This document shows, piece after piece, positions 1 through 10,820 of a DNA stretch of 64,000 nt (its first letter is position 1; every line of letters begins with the position of its first letter). The notes below the pieces were generated by a model. That model was not told the DNA's origin. It made no database searches and worked only from the letters and a program-made list of their open reading frames with translations. The stretch is from Octopus sinensis. Its lineage: Eukaryota. The position numbers and the translations under genes are program-made. The stretch lies in NCBI RefSeq assembly GCF_006345805.1, contig NC_043013.1, positions 33,728,001 through 33,792,000 of the forward strand. The letters are read 5' to 3'.

Positions 1-7
1 GCGCCCA

Positions 8-227
8 AGGTAGCAAACTGGCAGAATCGTTAGCACGCAGGGTTCAATGTTTTGCAGTATTGCGGCTATCTTCCTATTCTGAGTTCAAATCCCACCGAGG
101 TCGACTTTGCCTTTCATTTCTTTCAGGGTCGGTAAAATAAGTACCAGTTAAACACTGGGGTCGATGTAATCCACTTAACTCCTTCCTTGAAATTGCTTGC
201 CTTGTGCCAAAATTTGAAACTAATATT
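8..227 (+). mobile_element. SINE-A copy (tRNA-like head, central CCTTTCATCC..GGGGTCGATAAA..AGTACCAG domain, A2-type tail)
   Basis: Matches the many copies in the window (e.g. 30675-30902, 60662-60894) over head and core; ends CCTTGTGCCAAAATTTGAAAC. Confidence 0.85.
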
Positions 228-242
228 TCATGTTCTACCTTA

Positions 243-857
243 AGGCGGTAAGCTGGCAGAAACGTTAACACGACGAAATGGTTACCGGTATTTCGTCTAT
301 AGTTTCATCCTTTCGGGGTCGATTAAATTAGCACCAGTTACGCACTGGACTGGGGTCGACATAATCGACATAATCCGTTTGTCTGTCCTTGTTTGAGCCC
401 TCTGTGTGTAGCCCTTTGTGGGCAATAAAGAAATAAGAAGCGTTAGCACGCCGGGCGAAATGATTAGTGATATTTCGTCTGCCGTTAAGTTCTGAGTTCA
501 AATTCCGCCGAGGTCGACTTTGCCTTTCATCCTTTCGGGGTCGATAAATTAAGTACCAGTTCCGCACTGGGATCGATGTAATCGACTTAATCCGTTTGTC
601 TGTCCTTGTCTGTCTCCTCTATGTTTAGCCCCTTGTGGGCAATAAAGAAATAAAAAACGTTAGCACGTCGGTCAAAATGCTTAGCGGGATTTCGCCCCAC
701 CTTCCCGTTCTGAATCCAAATTTAGTCAAGATCACCAATGCCCCTTATCCTTTCGGGGGTCGATGAAATAAGTGGCAGCCGAGTAGCAAGGTCAGTTTAA
801 TCGAATTACCTATCCTCCTAAGTTGTTGGTCCTCAGCCAAAATTTGAAATCGATATT
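243..857 (+). mobile_element. Nested/tandem array of three SINE-A units
   Basis: Two units end AATAAAGAAATA (424-435, 641-652), each followed at once by a unit starting at AGAA(A/G)CGTTAGCACG; the last unit has the A2 tail. Confidence 0.85.
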
Positions 858-911
858 ACATTCGTTACCACCATCACCACCATCACCACCACCACCACCA
901 TGACTAATACT

Positions 912-1110
912 CCTTTCTACTGCAGGCACAAGTCCTGAAATTTTGTGGGAGAGGGCTAGTCAATTACATAGACCCTTCTCTGTTCAGCTGCTATCAAATT
1001 TCATTGAAATGATGAAAGTAAAGTCGACCTCAGTGGAATTTGATCTCAGTACGTAAAAACGGACGAAATGCTGCTAAGCATTTTATCCGGCGTGCTAACT
1101 GCCGTTACTA
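912..1110 (-). mobile_element. Degenerate SINE-A copy (A3-type tail)
   Basis: Reverse complement of head and core (GATGAAAGTAAAGTCGACCTC..GAATTTGA..CAG) plus GCACAAG.CCTGAAATTTT tail as at 57226. Confidence 0.7.
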
Positions 1111-1163
1111 ATACCAGCATTACAAGAACCGTTAATAGTAACCACCACCATCACCACCACCAA

Positions 1164-1380
1164 GAGCGCGAACTGGTAAAATCGTTAGCACATCGGAAGA
1201 AATTGTTAGCGGCATTTCGTCAGTCCTCGTGTTCTGAGCTCAAATTCCGCTGAGCTTCACTTTGTCATTCTTCGTTCCGGGATCGATAAAATAAATACCA
1301 GTAGAGCACTGGGGTCAACATAATCGAACTTAAAGACGATTCTCAAAATTGCTGGCCTTGTGTCTAATTTTGAAGTCATT
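1164..1380 (+). mobile_element. Degenerate SINE-A copy (A2 tail)
   Basis: CGTTAGCAC head, TTCTGAG.TCAAATTCCG, CTGGGGTC, GGCCTTGTG tail. Confidence 0.75.
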
Positions 1381-1820
1381 ATTACCACCACTAGCACCAC
1401 CTCCACCACCACTCTCACTAATACCGCAACCACGACAACTACCAATGCAACTATCACCACAACCACTAATACTACCACATTTACTAATATCTCTTCTACA
1501 ACAACCACTAATACTATCACCGCCGCCACAACCACCACCACAACCGCTACTACCACCACCACCATCATCACCACCACCACCACTTCCACCGCCGCCGCCA
1601 CAACCATCGCCATAACCACCACCACCACCACCGTCACCACTACCACCATCACCACCACCACCACCATCAACACCGCCACAACCATCGCCATAACCACCAC
1701 CACCACCACCACCACCGTCCGCCATCATCATCATTACAAACACCACCACCATCATCACCACCACCATCACCGCCGCCGCCGTCGCCACCGCCATAGACAC
1801 CACTGCCGCCGCCACCACAG
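1381..1820. repeat. Cryptic (ACC/ACT/GCC)n trinucleotide tract
   Basis: Direct reading; source of the poly-T/poly-P/poly-G/poly-V ORFs. Confidence 0.95.
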
Positions 1821-1899
1821 TCTCCACAACATCTCTGCATCTTTCGTGCACAAGCACATCTGCATACACCTCACACAATGAAATGAGCAAGTTATCAAG

Positions 1900-3419
1900 G
1901 AATTTAGCTTTTGTTTTCTCTTTTTTTGTTGTTTTTCGCTCTTTTAATTCTTGCTTGTTTCTAATTTTAAATTTTAAAATTTTGTCACCGTTGTTGTTAT
2001 TATTGTTGTTGTTGTTGGTATTGCTGCAATTATTTTTCTTGTATTCTTTCTTCTTTTCTTCCCCATACCTCCTTCCCTTCCTCCTACTACCATAGCTTAT
2101 TCTTCCCCTTCCTCTTAGTTATTTCTTTTTCTTTTTTCTTTTTTCCCCCTTTTATTATTACGCGTTCAATTTTAAAAGGTTTTTGGTCTTTAATTATTTG
2201 AATTAGGCGAAGAATGAATAAATAAATAAATAAATTTGAAATTAGGTGAGAGAGAGGGGGAGAGAAGCGGGAGGAAAAGAGAATTAGGAAAGATGGTGAA
2301 AATTACGAAGAGAATGAGAGATAGAATTGGAGAAAAAGAGAGAGTGAAGGTGAGAATGAAAGTCAAAGAAAATGGTAAAGAAATATATTAAGCAGAATGA
2401 CGTGAAAACAATAAACAAATAAAAATATATTTTGGAATGGGAGATATATGTTGGGAAGAGAGTGAGAAAGGCGGGGTAAGAGGTTGATAGGTAAAGAGAT
2501 AGAGGGAGAACAGGAAAGAATAAGAGCAGAAAAATGAGAGAGGGAGAGAGAGAGGGAGAGAGAGAGAGGGGGGAATAGAGAGAAAGAGAGAGAGAAAGAA
2601 ACCTAGCAAGACTGGGAGAAAGAAATAAGAATGAGAAAGAAGGATTTAAGGAAGTGAAAAGGAGAGAGCAGATGACATGATGAAAGGAGAGAGAGAGAGA
2701 GAGAGGCTAATTAACATTGAGAGGCTGAGAGAATGAAACGAGAAGAAAGAGGGATTTAAGAGAGTGATAGGGGAGGGAGAGGAGAGACGGAGCACGAACG
2801 AAAGAAGTCAAGAGAGCGGGAGAGACATAAAGTGGCGGAGAGAAACTAAGGGGCAGATGTGAGAAATAGAAAAGAGAGATTTAAATGCGGAAAGAGAAAG
2901 AGAGGGGAGACATAAACAAGAGAGAGAGAGAGAGAGAGAGGAGGGAGGGAGAGAGGGCTAGACAGACAGTGAGAAAGATAGAGGAAGAGAGACAGAGATA
3001 AAGAGAGAAAAAGAAAGAGAGAGAGGGTAGTCAGACAGACAGTGAGGAAGAAAGAGGATGTGAAAGAGAGAGAAAGACAGACAGACAGACAAAGACATAC
3101 AGCTAGAGCGAGACAAACAGACAGACAGACAGAGAGAGAATGTGTGTGAGAGAGAGAGAGAGAATGGTGGGAAAAAGACTAGCAAAAGGAGAGACAGTGA
3201 AAGGAATGTCAAACGAGAAGAAGAATGAAAATTAAGAATATTCTGAAAGAGAAATGGGTGGACGACATGGGTTGGAGAGCGTTGACAACGGCAAAAGACA
3301 GAGAGGAAAAAGAAGACAAAGAGAGAACTGAGAGGAAGGAAGTAAGAAAGAAAGGAAGGAAGAAAGGGAAAAAAGAAGAAAATAAATTAGATCTGCAAAG
3401 TTGACTTACTGCACTTTGT

Positions 3420-3482
<63 letters not shown>

Positions 3483-3500
3483 TATATATATACATACATA
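1900..3500. repeat. Pyrimidine-rich then purine-rich low-complexity tract ((GA)n, (GACA)n) ending in (TA)n
   Basis: Direct reading. Confidence 0.9.
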
Positions 3501-4012
3501 TGCGTTTATGTATGTATGTATGTGTGTGTTTTGTTTGCGTTATTGAGTGCGTAAATATGAGCGTGTGTATGTATAATTGAATCAGTGTGAGTATGTAAAT
3601 ATGTAGTTTTATGTATTTATACTTTTCTCTTACTGTGTATTTGTGTATGTGTGTAAATATTGGATTGCAACTGTGTGCTTAATGCGACATATGCGTTCGT
3701 GCGGTGTGTGGTAAGCGTATGTGTGTTTAAATTTTTCCGTTATTTCGTCTTCCATTTTAAATGTCTATCTCCCAACTCATTCCTCCCGCCTACCCTCCTA
3801 CTAAATTGACCTCTCATAATATTTCGCCGGCATTAGAGTAGATGATAGCTACTTAGAACGTCACTTATATATGGAGGTGTGAACGGGGATTGGGCGTTAG
3901 TTCGACTTTATAAATACGTGAAGAGATGGGGGGAGGTCAGAGGATGGTACTGGTTGGTTGGCCTTTTAGTTGTGTGATTTTAAGTAGGAATCGAGTATGA
4001 TTCGTCTAATAA

Positions 4013-4045
<33 letters not shown>

Positions 4046-4065
4046 TACATATATATATATTATAT

Positions 4066-4110
<45 letters not shown>

Positions 4111-4239
4111 GCACATATACATATACATATGCATATATATAATATATATATACATATATACACATATACATATGCACATATATATACAAATGCATATATA
4201 CATATACATATACATGTATGTGTGTGTGTGTATGTTTTT

Positions 4240-4440
4240 ATGTCTGTGTTTGTTCCCCCAACATCACTTGACAACCGATGCTGGTGTGTTTACGTCCCCG
4301 TACCTTAGAGGTTTGGCAAAAGAGACCGATAGGATAAGTACTAGTCTTACGAAGAATAAGTCCTAGGGTCGATTTATTCGACTAAAGGCGGTGCTCCTGC
4401 ATGGCCGCACTCAAATGACTGAAACAAATAAAATAATAAA
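4240..4440 (+). mobile_element. SINE-B 3' module downstream of a TA/TG microsatellite
   Basis: CTTGACAACCGATGCTGGTGTGTTTACGTCCCCG...CATGGCCGCA.TCAAATGACTGAAACAA, as in full copies at 53181 and 54243. Confidence 0.85.
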
Positions 4441-4624
4441 ACCATACATATACATATATATATATGCCTACATACACACACATTTTATATATTTCTTTTA
4501 CTCTTTTTAGATGTTTCAATCATTGGACTGCGGCCATTTAACTTAAACCATCAGCTGAAAATTCGCAGGCTTGGGCCAATTTTATATAAAGTTATCACCA
4601 TCATCATCATCGTCGTCGTCGCCG

Positions 4625-4655
<31 letters not shown>

Positions 4656-4656
4656 A

Positions 4657-4714
<58 letters not shown>

Positions 4715-4872
4715 TATGTTTGACTTTTGCTTTATATTTGTACAAGTTGGCTCCAAGTCTCACCCAGAGACCTCAAGAGACAACAGGGTTGGAAGTTCAT
4801 GTTTTTTTATGCCTAGTGTGCCATATATTTGGGGGGGTGGGGGTGTTATTATTATTATTATTTTTATTTTTA

Positions 4873-4936
<64 letters not shown>

Positions 4937-4950
4937 CATCATCATTGAGT

Positions 4951-5504
4951 GAGAGAGCAGTGCATGCCATCAAAGTGATACTGGGATAAAATATACGAAG
5001 CCTAGTATACCCATCAGGACTACCCGTCTGATAAGGGTATACGAGGCACATGCACCACAACCATATGTGCGTGACATGGTAATCTCATATCAAGATAAGC
5101 AGCACATAACCTTGCAGGTGGACCCTAGTTAGAATTTTCTTCTGGTCGAGTAACCCATCCCGCTCAAAAGGTCCCTTAATAAGGGTTGGTAAAGGATGCT
5201 GAATGAAACACCCATGTTTCCGGAGGTGAATTATTCAAACCCCAAAGAATCCCTCTCAACACATTGCTATGATGTTCCCCCACTACTTCTGCTCGTGATC
5301 AGAGATGCACATATCGTCAGCCACTAAGGGGCATGCTCAATTGGTTAATGTCAAACAACTGACAAGCAAATCTATGGTATTGAGCAGAATATTTGATGTA
5401 GTCCATCTTTTATACCAAGACAAAACAATGTACATGATAACACTTCCAATCAGTTAAGACAAGAAGCCACGAGAGCCACTGCCTGGTACTGCATCAGGGC
5501 ATTT
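4951..5504 (-). mobile_element. Family C: ~550 bp non-autonomous element embedded in (ATT)n
   Basis: Colinear with 46622-47135 with the same two ends; both copies are flanked on each side by (ATT)n. Strand inferred from a hairpin and (AAT)n run at the left end. Confidence 0.8.
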
Positions 5505-5534
5505 ATATTATTATTATATTATTATTAATATTAA

Positions 5535-5585
<51 letters not shown>

Positions 5586-6355
5586 AGTAGTTGTGTGTGG
5601 CGGTAGTGGTCATGATGATGGTGGTGGTGGTGGTGGTGGTGGTACTGATGGTTGCGATGGTGGCGGCAGTGGATTGGTAGAATCGTAAGAGCGTCGTACA
5701 AAATGACTGAACAATATTTATTCCCGCGAAAATCAATTTCGTCATTCATCCATCTGGGGTCCCTTAAGTAAGGTACCAGTGAAGACGTTTTAGTGCTTTA
5801 TGGTATCGACTGATCGTCTTCCCTGAAAACTGCTGGCTTTGTGGCTTTGTGGCTAAATTCGTAACAATTAATTATTGGTGAACAACATATCTTCCTTAGG
5901 TTCAAGCAAAACGTTGACTGCTGAGAGAATTTAAGTTTTTGAAGCTCTTTTCGGTAACCTTCGCATATCAATGACCTCTGCTTGTCAAATGTTGAACTCT
6001 TTTAAACATCAGTGAGAAGAAGGGATTTATTTATTGCTAGAAAAGCTAAACTCTTTCTCTCTGTCTCCCTTTGCCTCTTCCTCTCTCTCTCTCTCTCCCC
6101 CCTTTTCTTGTTCTCTCTTGCCCTTTCTACTCTATTTGGCTGTTAAGCTCGCTACGTAAGAGACTGAAGGTTCGAGATTTTTGTGCGTTGCACTTATTAT
6201 ATTTTGAAAAGCGCAAGCATACGAGAATCCTGGACTTTGTGTCAATTATGTTGTTTCACACACATACACACACACACACACAATCACAAATCAAACACAG
6301 ACACATACACATACAAACACTCACACACACACAATACGCACACATATACATACAG

Positions 6356-6390
<35 letters not shown>

Positions 6391-6811
6391 TATCTATATG
6401 CTCTTATATCACCCGTGACTATCTGTGGTTAGTACATGCACGTGTGGATTAGTGTAGGAGCGAATAAACACCCTGTTTATTATGTCTGTATAGAGATTCC
6501 AAGCTTTTAACTATCTCCGTTTGCGTGTATGTGTGTGTATGTGAGTGTGAGTGTGTGTAAATATGAGTGCGTGAAAACTGTAATGGAAGTCGCTATACTT
6601 CCATTTTACAAGAGGACACTACACCGCGGTAGAGAAATTGGTGAAAATTGGTACGTTTGAAAGCCATACGAGAAGTATTTAAACACTAAAGCGACAGTAA
6701 GGTATAATAGTCGAACGGAGAGTGGTAGTGGTAGTAGTAGTAGTAGTAGGGTTGGTGGCGGAGGAAATGTAATGATGTGAGAAGAAAGCAGAGGAGCATT
6801 TGCAGTGGAAG

Positions 6812-6845
<34 letters not shown>

Positions 6846-7049
6846 TGGGGGAGCGTTTAGTTATATTGTAGTGTTAGTTTCAATCGATGCAAAATACACT
6901 AATGCGACTTTGGATGGGGAAAAGACGATGCAGTGTTTGAAATAAACGAGCTGTTAACATGTCTGATGCAGAGTGTGCTTCTGCTAGCGATCGCGGTCAT
7001 CGTCGTGTTTGGATTAACCCTATAGACAACACACACACTTTGCACCGTG

Positions 7050-7360
7050 TCAATCGTCGTTTGTAAATAGGAAAGGTGTGTGGGTGGGGTGCGAGGGGGA
7101 GTGAGTAAATGGAAGGTGAAAGGCGGCGGTTAGGTGGACGGGAGTTCTTATGATTCTGCAGCAAATTCTAATTCTAATGCAGGTTTATCTATTTGCATGT
7201 GTCTGCGGTTGAGTTGCGAGGTCGACCTGACGTGTGAAGGGTCTTATAAAAGAGGTTAATCTCTATCTGACTATAACAGTGTCAAATCACCATTTACCCA
7301 TTGTAAAAGAGACTCGTGTTAACAGGTTGGGTGACGTCATTGTGTATTGTAAAGGTCAAC
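7050..7360 (+). promoter_or_regulatory. Possible Pol II promoter/enhancer (motif cluster in unique sequence)
   Basis: ATTTGCAT (7191-7198), palindrome AGGTCGACCT (7219-7228), TATAAAAG (7245-7252), TGACGTCA (7332-7339), AAAGGTCA (7351-7358). Motifs only, no transcript evidence. Confidence 0.3.
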
Positions 7361-7689
7361 ACAGTCTATTCAATAACTGTAATGGTGCCATCAATTTAGT
7401 TACTTTTATATAACAATATTTGTAGTTATATTGCTATCGTTATTACAGCAATTATCTTCTTTTAACGTTATTATAAACAGCGTTTTGTTGTTGTTGCTGC
7501 TGTTGTTGTTGTTGTTGTTATATAAATTATCGATTTTATTTCTGCCATTTCACTACCGATCTTAATGCACATTTGTATTTTCCTTCCTTTAGCTGCCCTT
7601 ATTAGCCTCATTAGCAGCACAATTACCTCCATCATCAATTTAATATCACCATTATGCTTGAGAAAGCAATTATTAATGATAATAATATT

Positions 7690-7748
<59 letters not shown>

Positions 7749-8160
7749 TGTTGACGATGATGATGACGACGATGATGATGATGGTGATGATGATGACGAT
7801 GATGATAACAACGACGACGATGATGATGATGATGATGATATTCATGGCGATGGCGGTGGTGGTGAAGATGAAGGTGATATCGACAGTAGTGATGATGGTG
7901 ATGATGGCAATGATGATGATGATACGTTAACGATGATAATGTTGCTGACGACGACGATGACGATGATGGTGATGGTAATGATGATGATGATGATGATGTT
8001 GATGATAATGATGATAATACTGGTGACGGCGACGACGACGATGATGGTGTTGGTAATGATGATGATGATGATGATGATGTTGGCGGCGTTGACGATGACG
8101 GTGATGGTGATGGTGATAGTAATGATGATGATGATGTTGATGATGATAATGAGTGTCATT
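7690..8160. repeat. (AAT)n followed by cryptic (GAT/GAC/GGT)n
   Basis: Direct reading; source of the poly-N/D/M ORFs. Confidence 0.95.
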
Positions 8161-8919
8161 GTGATTAGGACAATGCTGATGCTAACGCTATTAACACTTT
8201 TATTATTGTTTTGATCGGGAATGGTACAGCAGAAATGTTATCTCCAACTGTTAACATAAATTTTAAAGGATCACTAAACCCTTTGATGTTCGTCGTCAGT
8301 CGTTGAAAATTCTCCTCGGACAATTTATTGTCTGTAATTCTACAATATTCTCTTCAATAATCGTGTCGTTTCTAATTTTTAGAAATTATCCTCCAGTAAT
8401 TCTGTGATATTGCCTGTCCATGTATAACTGTATGGCCTGCAGATATTTGCTGTTTATGCTATTTGCGCTTTTACAGTTCTACGGCAATCGCTTCAATCGG
8501 TGTTTCGTTTAAAATTGGACAGAATAAAACGTCGACATATGTAGCGTTAGTTAATGTGGTGATGGTGGCGCTGGTTGCTTTTGTTGTTGGTGTTGCTTGT
8601 CGATGTATAAATTCACGTATCCACAACATTTATCATTTAGATTTGTATGCATAATAGATTCCATATTGTTTGCGCCACACACCTGCCCTGGTGCAAACCT
8701 TCATTGCCCGTTTTAATTCATTTCTCCATAGCTGTAAATTTCTGTATAACCCCACAATACTTGACACGCCGTCAAGGTATTGTCTCCGGGTATATACTGT
8801 ATAAATGTGTGTATGTGTACGTGCATTTATGCATATAATTCATATAAAAACATACATACATATCTATCTATCGTCTGTTTGTCTAACTGTCCGTTCATAT
8901 ACACACACACACATACATA

Positions 8920-8956
<37 letters not shown>

Positions 8957-8958
<2 letters not shown>

Positions 8959-9164
8959 CAATGCTGATTCGCTAGCTTCTGCACGCATTTTTTTCTCTCC
9001 TTGTTTCTCTCCGGGTTTCTTTTCTGTGTATCTTTCTGTTGAAGAACGTAGGCTCGAAACGTAAAATACTTGTTTTATTTATATTCCTGAGCGCCATACT
9101 AATACAATGTTTGTTTGTATTCCACCTGCCTTCGTCTTTTGTTTATTTTCATAAAGCTTCCCGT

Positions 9165-9166
<2 letters not shown>
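8957..9166 (+). mobile_element. Penelope-like terminal-repeat fragment between two (TA)n tracts
   Basis: Unique ~210 bp block bounded by (TA)n on both sides; contains the hammerhead-like motif at 9031-9068. Confidence 0.5.
9031..9068 (+). ncRNA. Degenerate minimal type I hammerhead-like motif (variant core CUGUUGA)
   Basis: TCTTT-CTGTTGA-A-GAAC(GTAG)GCTC-GAAA-CGTA-AAATA: palindromic ACGU helix III, GUA site; A6 is U and both stems carry a mismatch. Confidence 0.4.
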
Positions 9167-9200
<34 letters not shown>

Positions 9201-9225
9201 AATATATATATATAATTATATATAT

Positions 9226-9229
<4 letters not shown>

Positions 9230-9256
<27 letters not shown>

Positions 9257-9266
9257 TGGATAGATG

Positions 9267-9341
<75 letters not shown>

Positions 9342-9342
9342 G
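9230..9342. repeat. (TAGA)n microsatellite
   Basis: Direct reading. Confidence 0.95.
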
Positions 9343-9362
9343 AGTGTGTGTTTTAGTGACAG

Positions 9363-9566
9363 TGTTTGTTCACCCATCATTACTTGACAACCAGTGTTGG
9401 AGTGTTTACGTCCCCGTAACCTAGTGGTTAGGCGAAATGACAGATAGAATAAGTACTAGACTTTAAAAAAAAACAAATCCTGGGATCGAATTGTTCGACG
9501 AATGCACTTCAAGGCGGTGTTCCTGCATGGCTGCAGTAAGCTGATTGAAACAATTAAAAAAAAAGA
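9363..9566 (+). mobile_element. SINE-B 3' module
   Basis: CTTGACAACC..TGTTTACGTCCCCGTAAC..GAATAAGTACTAG..AAGGCGGTG..GCATGGCTGCAG. Confidence 0.8.
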
Positions 9567-9702
9567 AGAAAAAGGAATATGTATTTACGTGTCCAAACTT
9601 ACTTAAGTGTGGAGGGTTTCGTGCAAATGTTTCGTGAGTGATGGGCTTGGAATTCGTGGCCTTTGAAGCATTCTTGTAACATTCAACAGATTAAAAAGTG
9701 AA

Positions 9703-9965
9703 AATGGCTTTGTGGTTAAAAAGTTTGTTTCAGAACCACGTTATTACGAGTTCAGACTTAATGCGAGGTACCTTGGGCTAGTGTCTGTTCCTATAACTAA
9801 CCCGTGTGAGGGAATTTTGCCTGCGGAAACTGCGTGTAAGACTATCGTATATAAGTCCTACACCAAACTTTATATGTATAAGTACTGGACTTAATTTCTT
9901 CGTGTAAATTCTTGAATGCTGTCTCCAAGAATGGTCGCAGTCTAATGACTAGAACAAGTGAAAGA
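9703..9965 (+). mobile_element. Old, internally deleted SINE-B
   Basis: GGCTTTGTGGTTAA head, ACCTTGGGC.AGTGTC CORE-like part, ATGGTCGCAGTCTAATGAC tail. Confidence 0.6.
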
Positions 9966-10051
9966 CCAAAAGAGTACTACTCATATGTTGAATTCTATTT
10001 CTCCAGTTTCTGGTACTGAAGCTGTACCTATGTATGTATGTCATTGTTTAG

Positions 10052-10152
10052 TTTTATTTCAAGATTTCTTGCCAATAGAGAAAGAGACGGTTTTTAACCT
10101 AGATCCAAGGCTCCTTCATTGGAATTTCAACATCAGTAACAGGGTACTTTTG
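10052..10152. repeat. Interspersed ~100 bp repeat, copy 1 (copy 2 at 10720-10820), next to (TATG)n
   Basis: TCAAGATTTCTTGCCAATAG...ACAGGGTA.TTTTG shared by both copies. Confidence 0.8.
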
Positions 10153-10719
10153 TTTCTGTATATATATGTATGTATATATATATATGTGCAGATTTGTTTG
10201 ATTTGCTTTATATATGTATATTCATGCATACAGTTGCATATATAAACATGCTCATATGTATTAGATGACAAACTTCTAGAAAATTTTACTGATTTTTACA
10301 GTTCGAATTAGCTTTCTCCTTTCTGGTTTTGAGAAGCATAATTTCTCAAGATTGATGTTTAGGCAGTGTGTTACATATCCCAGTGCCCCAATAATTAAAG
10401 GTATAAACCTGAACTCAACAGGTTTCTCAACAGTTCAGCATATGTATTTTCTTTTTCAATGATCTGCGGTTTATGTTCAAATCCGCTGGGCAGTTATTTT
10501 CCACAACTGTGCACAGTTCCTCTTCTCTATCCCAAATCATTATATCAAGTCTGTTGTGCTTAAATTTTATTGAGGTCTTCACTAGGACATTCTACCAGTA
10601 TTCCTTTTCATAATGAGTGGCTATCGCTTCTACCATACTGTGCCTCACATTCCCGGTATAAACCTGAATATGTATATCTTAATATGTATGTATGTATGCA
10701 TGTATATGTCATTAATCAG

Positions 10720-10820
10720 TTTTATCTCAAGATTTCTTGCCAATAGCGAAAGCGCCGATTTCTAAACTAGAATCAATGGTTTGTCAGTGAAATTTCGATA
10801 TCAATAACAGGGTATTTTTG
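10720..10820. repeat. Interspersed ~100 bp repeat, copy 2
   Basis: Direct repeat of 10052-10152. Confidence 0.8.

Noticed and set aside
1257-1890. Overlapping 88-186 aa ORFs on both strands (poly-T, poly-G, poly-V, poly-P; mucin-like appearance)
   Set aside because: All are translations of one cryptic (ACC)n tract; no unique coding context.
10052-10152. Minus-strand shape resembling a hammerhead (CCAATGA-A..helix..AAAA-CCG)
   Set aside because: Core boxes do not match CUGANGA/GAAA in either copy and helix I does not pair; kept only as a repeat.
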